Positions 48,520 through 58,149 of a stretch of DNA of 64,000 bases are shown in pieces (position 1 is the first letter of the stretch; each line of letters opens with the position of its first letter). The position numbers were made by a program, and so were the translations under genes. The stretch spans positions 2,885,428-2,949,427 of the forward strand of contig OZ252113.1 in assembly GCA_965248645.1 (NCBI GenBank), given 5' to 3'. Below the pieces are notes generated by a model, which was not told the origin of the DNA, made no database searches, and was given only the letters and a program-made list of their open reading frames with translations. The stretch comes from Acidobacteriota bacterium. Its GTDB lineage: Bacteria; Acidobacteriota; UBA6911; RPQK01; G965248645.

Positions 48520-49809
48520 CTAGGTGGTTCGCAAGTCCGCGTTAGCCACCAACAGATCCAGGACCCTCTCCCTTTCGACCCTGCGGCGCAGTCCCTCCAT
48601 GCGGTTCTCTTGACCAAAGTGCTGCCGGACCTTCTCTTCCGGTTGATTGGTCGAAACAGCAATCTGGCCTAGCTCCTCCTCGAGCTCTTGATTCGAAACC
48701 TTAACCTTTTCCTGGCGGGCGATCTCTCCCAGAACCAGGCTGGCCCGAACCTCCTTCTCAGCCTCCGGTTGAGAATCGGCCCGAACCTTCGCCCAATCGA
48801 TATTGGCCTTCGAAGGATCCACTCCTTGGATGGCGATATTATAGGCCAGATCCTTTAACTTGTCATCGAGACGGCTTTCGACCAACACCTCCGGAACTTC
48901 GAAATTCGTCTTTTCGATGAGCTGCTCCATGAGACTTTTTCTTAAATCAGCCTCTCGGGTGTTCTGGCGGTGGGACACCAGTTGTTCCCGGATCTTAGTG
49001 GAAAGCGCCTCCAGCGTGTCATACTCACCCAGGTCCCTGGCAAAGTCATCGTTCAAGTGCGGCAGCTCCTTCCGCTTGATCTCGGCCACTTTCAGCCGGT
49101 AGCTGACTCTCTGTCCTACCAGACTCTTCTCCGGGTAATCGGGCGGATACTCGACTACAAAGGTCTTTTGTTGCCCCACAATCATGTCCAACAGAGCCTC
49201 ATTGAAGGCCTTATGGGTATGTTCATCCCCAACTTGGATGGATACGTTCTTTTCCCGGATTGGAGCGCGCGAAGACTCGTCCAGATATTCACCTTCAAGA
49301 TCCACAATCGCTAGGTCGTCCTTCTGGACGCCGCGGTCCTCGACCGAAAGCAGTCGAGCATGCTTATCGCGTAACCGCTCAATTTCGTGATCGATATCGT
49401 CCTGGGTGACCCGCCGCTCTTCGACCCGGACCTGGAGTCCTCTGTACTGGGGTAGTGAAATGGTGGGGAGAATTTCGAAAAGGGCCTCGTAGACTAAGGG
49501 CTCACCTTCGTCGAATCGTAGGTTCTCCATGGTGGGCTGACTCAAAGGCTGGACTCCTTTGTGGCGAACGGCCTCCTCATAAGAACTGGGAATTAATTTT
49601 TGTAAAACATCGCTGCGGATATCCTTTGAAAATCGCCGTTTGACCAGTGACACGGGAGCTTTCCCTGGACGGAAGCCGGGAAGGCGAGCACGTCGTTTGT
49701 ACTGGTCGGCCACCTCGTTGAACTCTCTCGATGCCAGCTCTGCCGGCACCTCTATCTTAAGCTTTTTCTTGACCGAACTAATATCCTCGAGTTCGACCTG
49801 GATATCCAT
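48520..49809 (-). CDS. tig: Trigger factor
   Basis: 429 aa: MDIQVELEDISSVKKKLKIEVP..., RLPGFRPGKAP. Confidence 0.95.
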   Translation of the reverse strand: MDIQVELEDISSVKKKLKIEVPAELASREFNEVADQYKRRARLPGFRPGKAPVSLVKRRFSKDIRSDVLQKLIPSSYEEAVRHKGVQPLSQPTMENLRFDEGEPLVYEALFEILPTISLPQYRGLQVRVEERRVTQDDIDHEIERLRDKHARLLSVEDRGVQKDDLAIVDLEGEYLDESSRAPIREKNVSIQVGDEHTHKAFNEALLDMIVGQQKTFVVEYPPDYPEKSLVGQRVSYRLKVAEIKRKELPHLNDDFARDLGEYDTLEALSTKIREQLVSHRQNTREADLRKSLMEQLIEKTNFEVPEVLVESRLDDKLKDLAYNIAIQGVDPSKANIDWAKVRADSQPEAEKEVRASLVLGEIARQEKVKVSNQELEEELGQIAVSTNQPEEKVRQHFGQENRMEGLRRRVERERVLDLLVANADLRTT

Positions 49810-50486
49810 GAATCCATTTTACCTTATCACCGGCAACTGACGCGCGATGTTACGCAGGCCCTTAGCCGGCCTGACGGCTGACGCCACCTCCGGCGGACTG
49901 ACTAGAAACGTTGAGCTTTGCTCTGCTTGACTTGTCTTGGCGGAACGGACGGAATAGCATAGCGATTGGTGACGAAAGAGCATGATTGGAATCTTCTGCT
50001 TCTGAAAGCCAGCGCTCTCGATCGAATTATTCACAAATATCAGAGTCTCGAGAACAATTCAGGCTTTTACAGCCGCAGTTGGGTAGAGCTAACCGAGGTG
50101 ATAGAATCGGAAATCGAGCAGCTAGAGCAAACCGGCAAACCTCCTGACAGCGAATCCGAATCCTAGGCAGCAGCGCAGATGTTCGCAAAGAGCACCGCCC
50201 CCCCCCTCCTTGCGGGTGGGGTGTGGGCAGTGCGTAGAGGACCAACCGACATTTTTCACACCTTACCTGCTGCATCGCTGAAATCACCCATCTTGACTGC
50301 ATTGTCCCTACAACACCTTGTCCAACTGGCCCCTTACAGCGCTTTCCTACGGACCGGTATGAGAAACATGGGCAAAGGAACTCAGGAGCGCACTCGGACT
50401 TGTGCCGCACAGGTGATCTTGAGAATCCACTGTAAAGCTGGTGGTCGGAGGGGGGAACAATCTATGACAGCGAAGGCGAGCCACGA

Positions 50487-51280
50487 TCAAGTCAACACCG
50501 CCTTCAGACAATCATTGGCGAGCGGCTCCAGCGGAGTGAAATCACGGTTATTCTGGTACCAGGGGCGCCGAGTTCCTGTGCAGACATTACTGACCGCGTT
50601 GCAGATCAAATACATGATCGCCCGCCGCCCAGGGAGAAACATTATTGGCCGAGCCATGTACCAGGATACAGTCGATGAAACAGACCGAACCTGCAGGTCC
50701 GATCAACACTTTGATACCATTTTCATTGGCTAGTCTTTCCAAGATTGCACGATCAAGATGATACAAGGCATACCACTTTTGCGTCTTTGTGAAGCTTGAT
50801 CAAATCGATAAAGCCATCACAGTGTGAACCCGGCACGATCAATAGAGGCGACTTGACCGGAGTACAGTCGATAAATTCGGCTTGTCATGATACAGTGGGG
50901 CCCCTTCATGCCATCAATGCCCTCCCAGGCACCGCAATCCTGGTTCCACTCCCATGCCTCGCCGCTACTCAATCCCTGTTTGGGATTGAGTAGCGGCTTT
51001 GATGAAGATACACATCACCCATCACCAGTTGGCGTACTGAGTTCAACAAGCGGGGAAGCAGCGAAAGATACCTGAAGGGTTCGGAATACACGTGCGCCCC
51101 AAAGGCTAGTCTGACCGCCGTTGGATCTTCTTTCTCGCGGATTATTTCCGGTCCCGATCGATTCAGTATCTCCGGCATCGCCCGCTGCAGAATCGCCACT
51201 TCATCCTCCTCTAATAAACCTGGGAAAAACAGATAGCCCTTCTCCTCGAAGCGTGCAATTTAGATATCGTTGAGCTGCAT
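50487..51280 (-). pseudogene. PhyH-superfamily / ectoine-hydroxylase-like dioxygenase, heavily decayed
   Basis: Begins MQLNDI then TAA at codon 7, then IARFEEKGYLFFPGLLEEDEVAIL...VYLHQS. The later pieces lie in different frames: GEAWEWNQD (H to N in the HxD motif), SPLLIVPGSH, GPAGSVCFIDCILVHGSANNVSP and RDFTPLEPL. There are several stops and shifts. Confidence 0.65.
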
Positions 51281-51353
51281 ACGGGCTATGCTATCTTCGG
51301 GCAAGCAAGGTGCACGGGCTAGACGGAAATGCATCCCTCCAAGGCACTTGACA

Positions 51354-52417
51354 TCAGAGTGCTACTCCAGACGTAGGATGAAGTACAATCGGAACACAAC
51401 GCTTCATCGATTCTGGGACGGCTAGCGCAACAGCAAGCGACCGGGTGCCGTCTTGCCCACCGATGATTGGTAATTCCTTATCCCTCACCACGCGGCTAAA
51501 ATGTTCCAGTTGAGAGGTGAACGGGTTTACACGAGTGACCTAATTGTTCAACTTCTCCATGGGATGCTGCCAGCCCATTTTATCCTCATCGGCATAGTGC
51601 TACAACTCCATTCGCGGAAAGGCAAATGAACCCAAGGTGTCGAGAAAGTGGTAGCAGTTTTCACTAGCGTGAAAATAATATTGGTTCTCATCGGTGGTCG
51701 CCTCGTATGACCAGGGGGAAGGCGTCGCATCCGAGGCGAGAACGGAACCGACTGCTCCACCCTCAAACAAAAGCGAAATGCTCAAGGAATCCTCTACTTC
51801 AAGTCTTCGTGCTATTGAGCCAGATTGAGCGTAGACCTGGCAGATTTCACCGCAGATAAAGCGCAAACTGTCGAGGTCATGAATAAGATTGATCAAGACC
51901 GGTCCACCGGCCGGACGTTGACACCGCCAATCTACTCGATAATAGGCCGCCAGCTTGAACAGGGCCCACAACGCAGAAACAGCCACCAACTGACCGAGCT
52001 CACCACTGTGAACGATGGAGCATACCTCTTGGATGAGTGGATTGTGGCGCCGGTGATGGCCGACCAAAACGTGGATTCCGGCGTCATCAGCCACTTGAAC
52101 AATGCGCTGTGCTGCGGCAAGGGTATCCGCAATCGGCTTCTAAATCAGGAGTGCACCGATCATCTCGCGCAAACTTCGGCAATCCCTAAATGGGATCCAT
52201 TTGGAGTAGCGATAATTGCCCCTTGAGGTCTCTCGAATTCCAGTAGATCTTCAATATCTTGATAAAACGGAACTTTGAGTGCTCCAGCAACCGATTTACG
52301 ACTGGGATCAACATCGCAAATACCTACTAACCTGCAACTACGATCCACTTTAATCAGCTCTGCGTGTTTGCTGCCCATCAGGCCTGCCCCGATGATCGCC
52401 AGTCTCACTGGTTTCAT
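51354..52417 (-). pseudogene. Gfo/Idh/MocA-family oxidoreductase, inactivated (3 in-frame TAG + 1 frameshift)
   Basis: The N-terminal part MKPVRLAIIGAGLMGSKHA... (52160-52417) is followed by a frameshift near 52150. TAG then replaces the E of the EKP motif (ALLI*KPIADT, 52140-52142). The 164-aa middle ORF follows, then TAG at 51600-51602 and TAG at 51540-51542. All three TAGs are in the same frame, followed by NPFTSQLEHFSRVV... Confidence 0.72.
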
Positions 52418-52580
52418 AGCGCCGACCCGGTGTGGGTGGTGCAACCCGAATGGACTTCCCAAACGGTTGTACCATGAGGAAGACCGACGGAGTGCAGCAA
52501 AGTCAGGGAGGAGGGTTTCGACACGACAGAAGTCGAGTGTGAAAAACTAGGCCAGCACATCATCCAGAGCCCTTTCCTGC

Positions 52581-52609
52581 TTGACTCACTCATTCTCAGA
52601 TCTTATTGG
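52581..52609 (+). promoter_or_regulatory. Candidate sigma70-type promoter of hsp20 (TTGACT-17 nt-TATTGG)
   Basis: Hexamers read directly at 52581-52586 and 52604-52609, about 25 nt upstream of ATG 52635, which has AGGAAAGGA as its RBS. The match is weak. Confidence 0.3.
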
Positions 52610-52634
52610 ACTAAGTAGGAAAGGAAACATTGAG

Positions 52635-53012
52635 ATGAACTTAATAAAGTTTGATTCTTTTGGGGATCTGCTCAGAGGGTTTGATTGGCCCAGGGAAAAC
52701 AGCTGGAATGCTCCTGTCGATATCCACGAAACCGAGAAAGAGCTCATTTTCACCTCCGAGCTACCAGGCTTCAGCAAGAACGAGATCAATATCTCGGTTA
52801 ATGAGGGTCATCTGACCATCAGTGGGGAGAGGAAATTCAAGGGAAAAGACTATCATCGAGTGGAACGGAATTATGGAACCTTTTCCCGGATCTTCTCCTT
52901 ACCCGAATGGGTGAATCAGGGAAAGACTTCGGCCAACCTAAGAGATGGAGTCCTGACTGTTACCCTTGCCAAAAGCAAGGAGACCAAAGCCAAGCAGATT
53001 ACGGTTCAGTGA
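52635..53012 (+). CDS. Small heat-shock protein, Hsp20/alpha-crystallin family
   Basis: MNLIKFDSFGDLLRGFDW...PVDIHETEKELIFTSELPGFSKNEINISVNEGHLTISGER...GTFSRIFSLPE...ANLRDGVLTVTL. Confidence 0.9.
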   Translation: MNLIKFDSFGDLLRGFDWPRENSWNAPVDIHETEKELIFTSELPGFSKNEINISVNEGHLTISGERKFKGKDYHRVERNYGTFSRIFSLPEWVNQGKTSANLRDGVLTVTLAKSKETKAKQITVQ

Positions 53013-53203
53013 CACGATTGAAAGGGGGTGGAGTTTTTCTCACCCCCCTCTATCCCTCCACTGTCCAGCTGCTCTCTCTCCCCCCCTGATCAACGGTTCA
53101 CCTTCTTCTGAAAACCACCCCTTTGAGGGTCAGGATCTGGCACAGCAGCATCCTTTCTCTTCCCGATGCCTTCCTCGCCCACCTTTCTCCCAAGACGCAT
53201 TAA

Positions 53204-53790
53204 TCAAAACTCTACAACCGGTGGACGCTCTGTTCCCTCAACGGCCTCAAAGAAAAGCCTCCTTTCAAACCCAGCCAGGTTGGCCACGATATTCGTTGGA
53301 AACTGCCGCACTGTGGTGTTGTAGGTTCGAACAGCCTCATTGTAGCGTCGACGCTCAACTGCGATACGGTTTTCCGTTCCTGCAAGTTCGTCCTGTTAGA
53401 GCTAGGAAATTCTGATTCGATTTCAGATCTGGATAGCGTTCCACTTCAAGCATCAACCGACCCAGGGAACCTTCCAACAGGCCGGCCGAGCTCTCTCTGT
53501 AGGAGTCTTAGCCTCACCCCACTGACTACGGAGTCGGGTCACCTCGGTGAGAACTCCTCGCTGTTGCGCAGCAAATCCCTTGACGGTATTTACCAAATTG
53601 GGGATCAGATCATAGCGACGCTGGAGAACGGTTTCCACCTGTGCCAAGAGCTATCGACCTGCTCACTGTAGGTCACCAGACGGTTATAGGACCCTACACA
53701 ACTAACCGCTCCTCCCACAAGCATGAATAAAAGCACCACCCCCGCGATGAGCAATCCTCTCTTAGCTATCTTCTCCTCTCTGAATGTCTG
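53204..53790 (-). pseudogene. lemA: LemA-family protein, three frameshifts and no obvious start codon
   Basis: The pieces, in three different frames, are as follows. (1) SYNRLVTYSEQVDSSW, then a frameshift. (2) AQVETVLQRRYDLIPNLVNTVKGFAAQQ...TPTERA, then a frameshift. (3) SAGLLEGSLGRLMLEVERYPDLKSNQNFLAL, then a frameshift. (4) QDELAGTENRIAVERRRYNEAVRTYNTTVRQFPTNIVANLAGF..., ending at the stop. Confidence 0.72.
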
Positions 53791-54241
53791 TGTCGACTGC
53801 GTCGACGACCGATTCAATAGTTTGAAGATGTTGCTAAAATAAGGTTCCACAGTCCAGCCGTTTCGACTTCCTCTTCCCCTCTTTGAGTTCTTCAACCCTT
53901 TCAAAGATACTCGTGTCAAAACGAATGTGCCGCGAGAGAGCTCTCATGGAATCAAGCTTGCGAGGGAAAATTCATCCTGGTAGAGCCTCAAGGCGGACCG
54001 ACGGGTACACCCGCATCCACCCTCAGGCCAACTGGGCCACCATTGGTTGGGTCGGCAAAACAAAGGGGATAGTGGCAATCAATGTGAAGGTTACTTGAGC
54101 CCGCGGTTGGTGCTTCCTGGAAAGGACAAACCTCGCGCAGCTTCGACCTTCTTCTTATCAGCCTCGGATGGAGCTTCTTCGGGTCTCCGAGTGGTGATAT
54201 GAGGAAAATCGGCTAATATGACTCTAACAAACTGAGTGGTG

Positions 54242-55174
54242 TCAGTGTGAGGGTAGGACGTACGCGGTATCTGTGCTAAGAATGGGCTGTAGTCCTTTTA
54301 GCGATCGATCCGCGACCGACATGGCCAACACCAGAAAAATAACCAGAGCAAAATAGGCGCTACCCATGATCCGCCGCTTGCGCGACGACACCTCATAGTA
54401 CCCGGCATGAGGTCCACGGATAGCTCGCCCCAGCCCCAACAAGCCTAACAACAGAATCAGAAACAGGATCGGTGAGTAGGTCAGGAAAAAGACCCCAATT
54501 CCGACTGCGTATCCCAGGATCCACAACCAGCGGCTAAACACTCCGACAATCCTGCCTCCATCTAGAGGACTGATCGGTATAAGATTGAATAAATTGATCA
54601 AGAACCCAGTCGAAGCCAGGGCATACCAGAACAACGAGTTCATACTCCAACCGATGATCAAGCAGGCTAGAGCCCCGAGGCTGCCCAGCACCGGCCCCCC
54701 GATGCCAACCAATGCTTCTACCCATGCATTGCGAGGCACGCTCTTCATTGCTATGACGGCGCCAACGAACGGAATAAATACGGGTGCGCCTGCATTGATC
54801 CCCTGCTGCCGCATGACGAGTGCATGCCCTAGCTCATGAACGAAGATCAGCAATACGAACCCCGTTGCAAAATACACCCCCCAGATCTGAGCGTAAACCC
54901 AAACCGTGAATAACATGGTCAGTAGTGTACTGAGCTTGGCGATCTTCAGCAGAGGCAACAGCAGTTTGAACTTGCCCAGCACGAATAGCAGGCCAACACC
55001 TATTGGACCTAGGGTCGACAGACGACGTTTCCAGGGGCCAGCGGAAGGCTCCTTCCCTCCCACATTGTATTCTCGTGCCCGCTGCAAGTGCCCGAACTCA
55101 TGGCGGGCCACGGACTGCAAATTCCGCAATCTCCGCTCAACATTCGATGTCGACCTGCTATCTTGTCTTCCCAC
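54242..55174 (-). CDS. Site-2 protease family (peptidase M50) intramembrane zinc metalloprotease
   Basis: HExxH in LLIFVHELGHALVM; second motif NLFNLIPISPLDGGRIV; polytopic. The GTG start directly follows the TGA of the upstream gene (TGAGTG). Confidence 0.8.
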   Translation of the reverse strand: MGRQDSRSTSNVERRLRNLQSVARHEFGHLQRAREYNVGGKEPSAGPWKRRLSTLGPIGVGLLFVLGKFKLLLPLLKIAKLSTLLTMLFTVWVYAQIWGVYFATGFVLLIFVHELGHALVMRQQGINAGAPVFIPFVGAVIAMKSVPRNAWVEALVGIGGPVLGSLGALACLIIGWSMNSLFWYALASTGFLINLFNLIPISPLDGGRIVGVFSRWLWILGYAVGIGVFFLTYSPILFLILLLGLLGLGRAIRGPHAGYYEVSSRKRRIMGSAYFALVIFLVLAMSVADRSLKGLQPILSTDTAYVLPSH

Positions 55175-55771
55175 TCAGTCAGCCATCCTGATCGGTGCCG
55201 GGATTTTCCACGCCTCGTAGACCACAATGCCTAGAAAGACCAGATCCATGACTCCGAAGTCAACACCGACTACAGCCACGAGAAGGTCTGGCGAGGGTAA
55301 CCAGGGCAGTACTACCTCCTGTCCTTTCTGCGCATAGGCCCGAAGAATAAAGGTCCGCTTGACCAGATAGCTAGCCCAGAAGAATGCAATACCGGACACG
55401 GCAACTGATAGACCTTGCAATCCGGAGGAACGCTTGTTCCCGGAGAAAAAACATGCACCCTTTGCTACGGTGAAGCCAATCACCACTGCAACAAGGCCGA
55501 ATCCGATCTCAGTTATCACGGTAAAGCCCCACCAAACAAGGCCCCCCATGACGGCACCCAGCAGGGCGCCCACCACTGCCATTGGATAGTTGATGTTTTC
55601 ACCCTGTGATCCCAAGACCACCCTAACTTGTACCCTCAAGTCATCAAAGCAGGGCCGACAGAAGAACCTACCTTCAACTTCCTCCCGGTCCTGCCCTACC
55701 GCCAAAACTACGCCGCACTCGGCGCAGTTGACTTCCTCGGCAGTCGGCGTGAACTGAGATTCACCTTCCAT
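55175..55771 (-). CDS. Membrane protein with N-terminal cytoplasmic zinc ribbon (CxxC-N16-CxxC)
   Basis: MEGESQFTPTAEEVNCAECGVVLAVGQDREEVEGRFFCRPCF followed by about 5 hydrophobic helices. No recognisable family. Confidence 0.6.
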   Translation of the reverse strand: MEGESQFTPTAEEVNCAECGVVLAVGQDREEVEGRFFCRPCFDDLRVQVRVVLGSQGENINYPMAVVGALLGAVMGGLVWWGFTVITEIGFGLVAVVIGFTVAKGACFFSGNKRSSGLQGLSVAVSGIAFFWASYLVKRTFILRAYAQKGQEVVLPWLPSPDLLVAVVGVDFGVMDLVFLGIVVYEAWKIPAPIRMAD

Positions 55772-56498
55772 AATGAGCCTCCTCTTAACCGACCTTTCTC
55801 ATCCCAACTCTGGAAATAAGCTCACCTGATCTAATCGTTGTGAATGATCGAAATCTATTCCTACCCTAATGCACTGTCAAGTTAATCTCGGCCGAGCAAT
55901 TCTGAGCCTCACCTGTACCTCCCTCTCCTTTTTTAGTGTGCACACGCCACCTCTCTCCAGTGAGCAAACGCTTGCTCTCAGAGGAGTCGACGGTGGGCTG
56001 CTTTGAGATGGTGACGAGCAACTTGGAATCAATTCTGAATTGGCCCGTAGCCAGAGAGAAAGCTTTGACCTTAGCGTATAGAATACCAAATCTAATAGCG
56101 CATATTTACAACGGCTATACAGTGTAGAATGTCGATGGCCACAGCCCTTGACTTTGATGAATTCCAGGGCCAATCCTGCTGGCATACCCTGGCACTCAGA
56201 CAGCACCTGCTCACTCTGCGTCGTCAGCTAGAAAAACTCCCTCGGCTTAACCGCGGAGACAAGCTTGCATCCTAAACAGGCACTACCCCTTAGGCGGTAG
56301 AGAGCATCTCAAGCAGTATTCACGCTTACCCTTACCGATTCGGTAGTCAGCTAGCGCCAGGAGCAACCCTACAGTCTGGTTTTCCCTAAGACCTTTCAGA
56401 ACAAAGATGGAGCCCTGGCTCCGCTGGCCGCAAGATCATTTTAGATTACCATTATTTCAACTGTGAGCTCTTCTGGATCCAGTAAAGTGGAATAAGCC

Positions 56499-57284
56499 TT
56501 ATCCTGATTCCTTTCCGAATCCCCGGATGACGTAGGTGCCGCTTCGAATATCCTTTCCCAAAACCACCAAACCCAGCTTCTCCCCTTCCTCCAGTAGACT
56601 GCTGAATGTGTCGTGACCATAGCGTGTTTCACTGAAAGCGGGTTGCTTGCGTTTCATGGTCTGTTTGACCATCGACGAGTACAGCACCTCCTTGTTCTCG
56701 CGCATCAAAGCCAGGATGGATTCGATCATCAGTTGGAAGGCGGGCCGCTTCGCTTTTGGAATGTTCTTGCTCAGGTGAGGGGGACGGACAGCAACCTGTT
56801 CCAGTTCTTCGTAGAAGATGAATTCGTCACAGTTCTCCACCAGCATTTGGGAGGTGGATCCTTGGCCTGCCAACCCTATGACGTACTTTCCGTTCTCCTT
56901 CAGCTTCGAGACAAGGGGAGAAAAATCGCTGTCGCCAGACAAAATGACAAAGGTATCGATGTGCTCTTTAGCGTAGCAGAGATCCATGGCATCTACGCAG
57001 AGGCGGATATCGGCTGAGTTCTTCCCTGTTTGGCCTCGCCGCGGAATGTCGATCATCTCGAAGGCAGCCTCGTGGAGCTCCATTTTGTATTCGGTAAACC
57101 GGTCCCAGTCGGCGTAGGCTTCCTTGACTAGAATCTTCCCCTTTTCTACCAGGCGCTCCAGGACTCTTTCGATACGGAACCTAGTACGGCTCTGACCCTT
57201 GTCAAACCCCAGAGCCAGATTCTCTAGATCTAGAAAGAGGGCCAGCTGTCTTTCTTTTTCCTGCATGGCACTCCAAGGTACCAC
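56499..57284 (-). CDS. NYN-domain (LabA-like PIN-fold nuclease) protein with C-terminal OST-HTH/LOTUS domain
   Basis: LALFLDLENLALGF..., AYADWDRF..., VILSGDSDFSPLVSKLKENGKYVIGL (NYN core), then a winged-helix-like C-terminus (IESILALMRENKEVLYSSMVKQTM...). Confidence 0.8.
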   Translation of the reverse strand: MVPWSAMQEKERQLALFLDLENLALGFDKGQSRTRFRIERVLERLVEKGKILVKEAYADWDRFTEYKMELHEAAFEMIDIPRRGQTGKNSADIRLCVDAMDLCYAKEHIDTFVILSGDSDFSPLVSKLKENGKYVIGLAGQGSTSQMLVENCDEFIFYEELEQVAVRPPHLSKNIPKAKRPAFQLMIESILALMRENKEVLYSSMVKQTMKRKQPAFSETRYGHDTFSSLLEEGEKLGLVVLGKDIRSGTYVIRGFGKESG

Positions 57285-57921
57285 AAAGGCAGCGTAATAG
57301 GAGCGGTGCCAACCACTAGCTATACCGAATTGTGATAGTACGTAGCGTAAATTAGCTCTGAGCCACCTTGTGGGGGTTATGGAACCACAGAAAAGACCCT
57401 AAGTGCCCTTTGGAATAGTGGTTTTCAAACCGCGGCTTACCTTTCGACCATTCCCTTTGCAATGACTTTACTCGGATAGGTCCAAGGAGTCTGTCCTCCC
57501 ATTGTCCAGAACCTCTCCCTACTCTGGAGATATAAGCTGGGATAATCGTAACAGTGCGCTTAAAGCATCGTCCATCTGAATGAGCGGCTTTGTGATTCCA
57601 TTTTGGGAATCTTCTATGGGTAGCCCCCCCGTACCCAGTAGGACACCAAGGACACCGGCAACCAACGCTACCGGTTGTCCGGGTAAAATAGGTTTAATAG
57701 GAAACCGTCAGACCCTTACTGGATCGTTCTATCTTGGTCCGGGTTGACGATGAAGTATGTCCCATACGGTTACCAACATGCAACTGGATCTGTGCTTGGA
57801 TCCGAGGTACTTGAAAATCAAAGGATCGCGCAAACTGGACAAAAAGTGGACAACAGGGAAGCGAGGTAAAGAGGATAAGGCTATGGGAAGCTCATAACCT
57901 TGTGCTTTTGAAGAAGTTTGA

Positions 57922-57971
57922 TGGTGAGCCGCCAGGGAATCGAACTTCGAACCTACTGATTAAGAGTCAGT
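57922..57971 (-). other. tRNA-Lys(CUU)-like 3' fragment (anticodon arm to CCA), probable att-site remnant
   Basis: Minus strand reads ACTGA-CTCTTAA-TCAGT (anticodon arm, CTT), AGGTT, then CGAAG-TTCGATT-CCCTG (T arm with only 3 of 5 pairs), then GCGGCTC-A-CCA. No D arm or 5' acceptor strand follows, so it is not a functional tRNA. Confidence 0.5.
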
Positions 57972-58149
57972 TATCTTCCTGTTTCTCTCCGTTTCAGAAA
58001 ATCCCAGGATAAATTAATAATCCACTTTCTTTCAGTATTTTATGGCCATATAATCGTCTCGTAGTGTTTCACTTTAGCTCATTACAGCACGGATGTTGGT
58101 GGACCCCCAGTGGACCCCCAGGAAAAGAACAGGGGGCTGGGAGGGTGAA

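Noticed and set aside
50179-50733. 184-aa plus-strand ORF
   Set aside because: It is antisense to the decayed EctD/PhyH-like gene, whose motifs (PGSH, HGS..N.SP, RDFTPLEPL) are on the minus strand.
34721-52142. Idea that the in-frame TAG codons (aroF, Gfo/Idh/MocA) reflect stop-codon recoding such as pyrrolysine or a reassigned TAG
   Set aside because: TAG also terminates intact genes here (rho, chorismate mutase, IS orfA). Other broken genes carry TAA and TGA. The TAG-bearing genes also have frameshifts. No pyl genes were seen.
56293-56300. GGCGGTAG, the core of the RfaH ops element, in the non-coding stretch downstream of the NYN gene
   Set aside because: An 8-mer is expected by chance about twice in 64 kb on two strands. 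It is 27 kb from the (broken) NusG paralog and not in an operon leader.
57285-57921. Group II intron domain V, RNase P, SRP or 6S RNA in the non-coding stretch
   Set aside because: Only short generic hairpins were found (for example GTATG-TCC-CATAC). None of the conserved cores (GAGGAAAGTCC and others) is present. This remains untested by covariance models.
57922-58000. A complete tRNA or a tmRNA at the integrase junction
   Set aside because: There is no D arm and no 5' acceptor strand complementary to GCGGCTC. The T stem has only 3 of 5 pairs. A tmRNA would have to extend into the integrase gene, and no tag-peptide frame or GGGG 5' end is present.
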